A DNA stretch of 64,000 bases from Camelus dromedarius (taxonomy: Eukaryota), in NCBI RefSeq assembly GCF_036321535.1, contig NC_087463.1, positions 16,802,001 through 16,866,000 on the forward strand. The letters are read 5' to 3'. Of this stretch, positions 61,141-64,000 are shown in pieces. How positions within the stretch are numbered: position 1 is the first letter of the stretch; each line of letters opens with the position of its first letter. The notes beneath the pieces are model-generated. The model saw only the letters and a list, made by a program, of their open reading frames with translations. It was not told the DNA's origin and did not search any database. Both the position numbers and the translations under genes were made by a program.

Positions 61141-62628
61141 TTGCCCAGATCCTCTACTGGGAAGACGCGGAAGTCCGCCTTGATCAACCTCAGGAATTAA
61201 CTAGGAATACTCTAGTCTTCCCCCTTAGCAGAGAATGGTGCTATAGAGATAATGGAAAGTAAAAGGCTCTACGTCTTTAAAAATTCCAATCAACCACTGA
61301 GATCTGGTGGTAGGAGAGGCAGAGACAGGGAAGAGAGGAGGTGCCACACATTTAATTCCAACCAACGGTCAAAACAAAAAGCTCTTGTTGGAACTATTTT
61401 ACCCTCTTCTCTGTGTGATGTTATTGGATTTGATTTCCTTTCTTCCTAAGAAGGACACACTGGGAAAAAAAATGACCTAAATTCAGTATTCTATCCAGAT
61501 GCTTTCAATTTGGCAGGCGGGAAGCAAGTTTTGCATAGAGACTGAGCTCACTGAAAGGAATTAGAATTTTGAGCTGGAAATTCCAAAGGCATTTTAAAGT
61601 CAAGAAACTGTTTAGGAAAAAATAAATACAAGTGACCTTGATGTAATTCTGCAATGATATTCACATCTCAGAGCCATCTTTGAGGCTCCACTGGGTACTT
61701 TTGTAACTAGTCTTCCTGGCACTGAGTTCAAAACAACAGACTATAGGCAAGATACAAAAAGTGGGAGGTGTAGCAGGATCCAAAACACATCTAATTTAAG
61801 TGGAGCAGCCAATCACAGAAACCTCCTGCAGTACAAGGAGACCTTAACATAAACAGGCAACCACCACCACAAAGGCTGTGCTTACCCAGCTGACGGTGCC
61901 TCAGGATTGGCTACCCTCCGGGCACTTTACCACAGGCCTGGGCCCCACTCATGACACACACCCACGGGAGGGACTGGCAGCTCCACCATCCTTTCCCGAA
62001 GGTAATTTTCAGGATCAGACTGACTCTGATCTCAAAATAAACTTGAGATTTTTGACATCTCTTGACCATATGGTGTATTTCTTGCACAAGCTATAAGCTG
62101 TTTTGCAATTTCCTTTTTCCTTAGCCAATTGTGTTTTCCTTATGTTTTTGACATTTTTTTCAATAATCAGATATCCTAGACACCAGTAGCCGCTAATGTC
62201 AGACACTATTGAAATACTTTCTAAATTGGTTTTTAAATAATTCACTGATTCAGAAGTAAATATATCTTCAATATTTTTGAATTAGAATCTTATTTAGGCT
62301 ACCTCAGGGAGTGTTAATGAATTGTATGGCATTGTTATTTATATTTTTACTAAAATACTACAAATAAGTTTTTTAATTTTAAAAGAAAAAGCAATTTTGG
62401 CACTGTGTGAAAAGGTAAATTTGAACCATAGCATATATAGATTATATACAAATTATACAAACAGGCTCTACTAGTAGGGGATTTGAATTTAGTATTAATT
62501 CAGACAGTGTTTTAGTTTCTTTAAGGACTAATGTCTATTCTGTCTCAAACATGAGTGTACAATACTAATGAACTCATTCAAAACTAGATCTAAATGATTA
62601 CTAACTATAGAAGAATAATTAAGCATGG

Positions 62629-63026
62629 TGTGTAAGTTTCCTAGGCTGTCATAACAAAATACCATAAATTGGGTGGCTTAAAACAACAGAAATTTATTGT
62701 CTCACAGTTCTGGAAGCTGGAAGTCCAAAGTCAGGGTTTTGGCAGGGCCATGCTCCCCCCACGCCACCAGGGGAGGAGCCTTCCTTGCCTCGTCCAGCTT
62801 CTGGTAGCCCCAGGAGTTCCTTGGCTTTGTAGCAGCATCACTCCAACGTCCATCTTCTCATGACCACTCTCCCCGTGTCTCTCTCTTCCCCTCTTCTTAT
62901 TAGGCCACCAGTCATGTTGGATTTTGGCCCACCCTAACAGCCTGATCATAACTTGTTTATATCTGCAACAAGGGTTAGGTTTTCAACATATCTTTTTAGG
63001 AAGACACACAATAACAACCAATAACA
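62629..63026 (-). mobile_element. MaLR solo LTR (MLT1B/C-like)
   Basis: ggtggcttaaaacaacagaaatttattgtctcacagttctggaagctggaagtcc...cttctggtagcccc. TSD CATGG/CATGT (4/5). Confidence 0.9.
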
Positions 63027-63734
63027 CATGTCCAGCATTCTTCAGTGAAGGAATATAACCTGTAACTTTACCAAAATGATAGTATTATTCTCTCTCTCTG
63101 ATCTAGAAATTATAATTTTTTTTATTTGCCTTCTTCGTAAAACAAAGGAACAGCTAGAAATCAAGCAACAGTTACTAATGTAATGTGTCCAACAAGTATT
63201 TGATAAAGATCCTCTTAGAAAAGAGAAAAGGGCATGTAGGGATATGAGATTTTTAAGTAACCCATCTGACTGGGTGGCTTGTGGCTCAAGAAAACAAAGT
63301 TATGATGAGTTCAAAAGATTCATCTAGGGGAAGAGACAGAAACCTGCCTAAAATAACTTACTCCATATCATAAATAACTCACCATGACAGTTCTCCGATG
63401 CCAGCTGAATGTTTAGAAAATGTAATTCACACTAAGTTATGTACCATTCATGATTTAACATCCTGTAGTAAACTACTCTTTTTGTTGTTGTTGTTACAAT
63501 TCTGTGCCTGTATTTAAATACATCATTTTCTCCCCAGACTTACAACTTCCCCCCCTTCCCCTTGGAGCACCACTTCAAGGGCCTTTTCCATGGTCTCCTT
63601 CCCCTCCTCTTGTCTGGGCTCCTTTCCTGTTCCTTGTAGGCACCTTCACGGGCGTCCTCAGCACCACTCCCGGTCTTTGGCTTCCTCTAATCTCAACCCA
63701 AGCTCCCCTCTCCTATCCTAGTGTCCTCAATATA

Positions 63735-63870
63735 TACCCATGCTCCTCAAGCTTGAATGTGAGACCTTGTTAAAATGCAGATTCTGATTCAGTATGACTG
63801 AGGTGGGGTCGGCGATCCTGCATTTCTAACAAGCCCCGGGGGACACCCGTGCCGCTATCCATGGACCACA
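63735..63870 (-). mobile_element. MER5A (hAT-Charlie)
   Basis: ttgttaaaatgcagattctgattcagta...gaggtgggg...tgcatttctaacaagc...ggaccacact. Confidence 0.8.
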
Positions 63871-64000
63871 CTGCAAGGCTGCACAGCCTGACTGACTGTC
63901 CCCCACAGTTTGCACTGTAAGCCCCATCACTGTCCCCCGTGGGGCCTCCCTTCCCCTACAAGGTCTCATACTTTAAAATGATCTCTTACCACTACCACCC

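Overview
This window is AT-rich placental-mammal genomic DNA, most likely from a camelid. The evidence is a tRNA-derived SINE matching my recollection of camelid Vic-1 and cetartiodactyl-type L1 3' ends, with no Bov-A/BovB, PRE-1, CHR-2 or Alu seen. It has six short N gaps. By eye, very roughly 40% is interspersed repeat (MIR, L2, L3/CR1, L1M, MaLR/ERV LTRs, hAT MERs). Repeat boundaries and subfamily names are approximate and were assigned from memory of consensus sequences, not by a search. I recognise no known protein-coding gene, and the ORF-track entries look like chance, repeat-derived or N-run artefacts. There is no CRISPR array or prokaryotic feature. The most interesting signals are: (1) a diverged tandem pair of minus-strand exon-like units at 47.7 and 49.8 kb, one with an open frame and one disabled, differing mostly by synonymous or conservative changes, which suggests a coding or formerly coding gene I could not name; (2) a probable bidirectional promoter at 37.1-37.9 kb; (3) a truncated U6 retrocopy and a young L1 3' end stacked at one target site with three copies of the target sequence. 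All exon models are low-confidence predictions, because pseudo-exons are common in such DNA.
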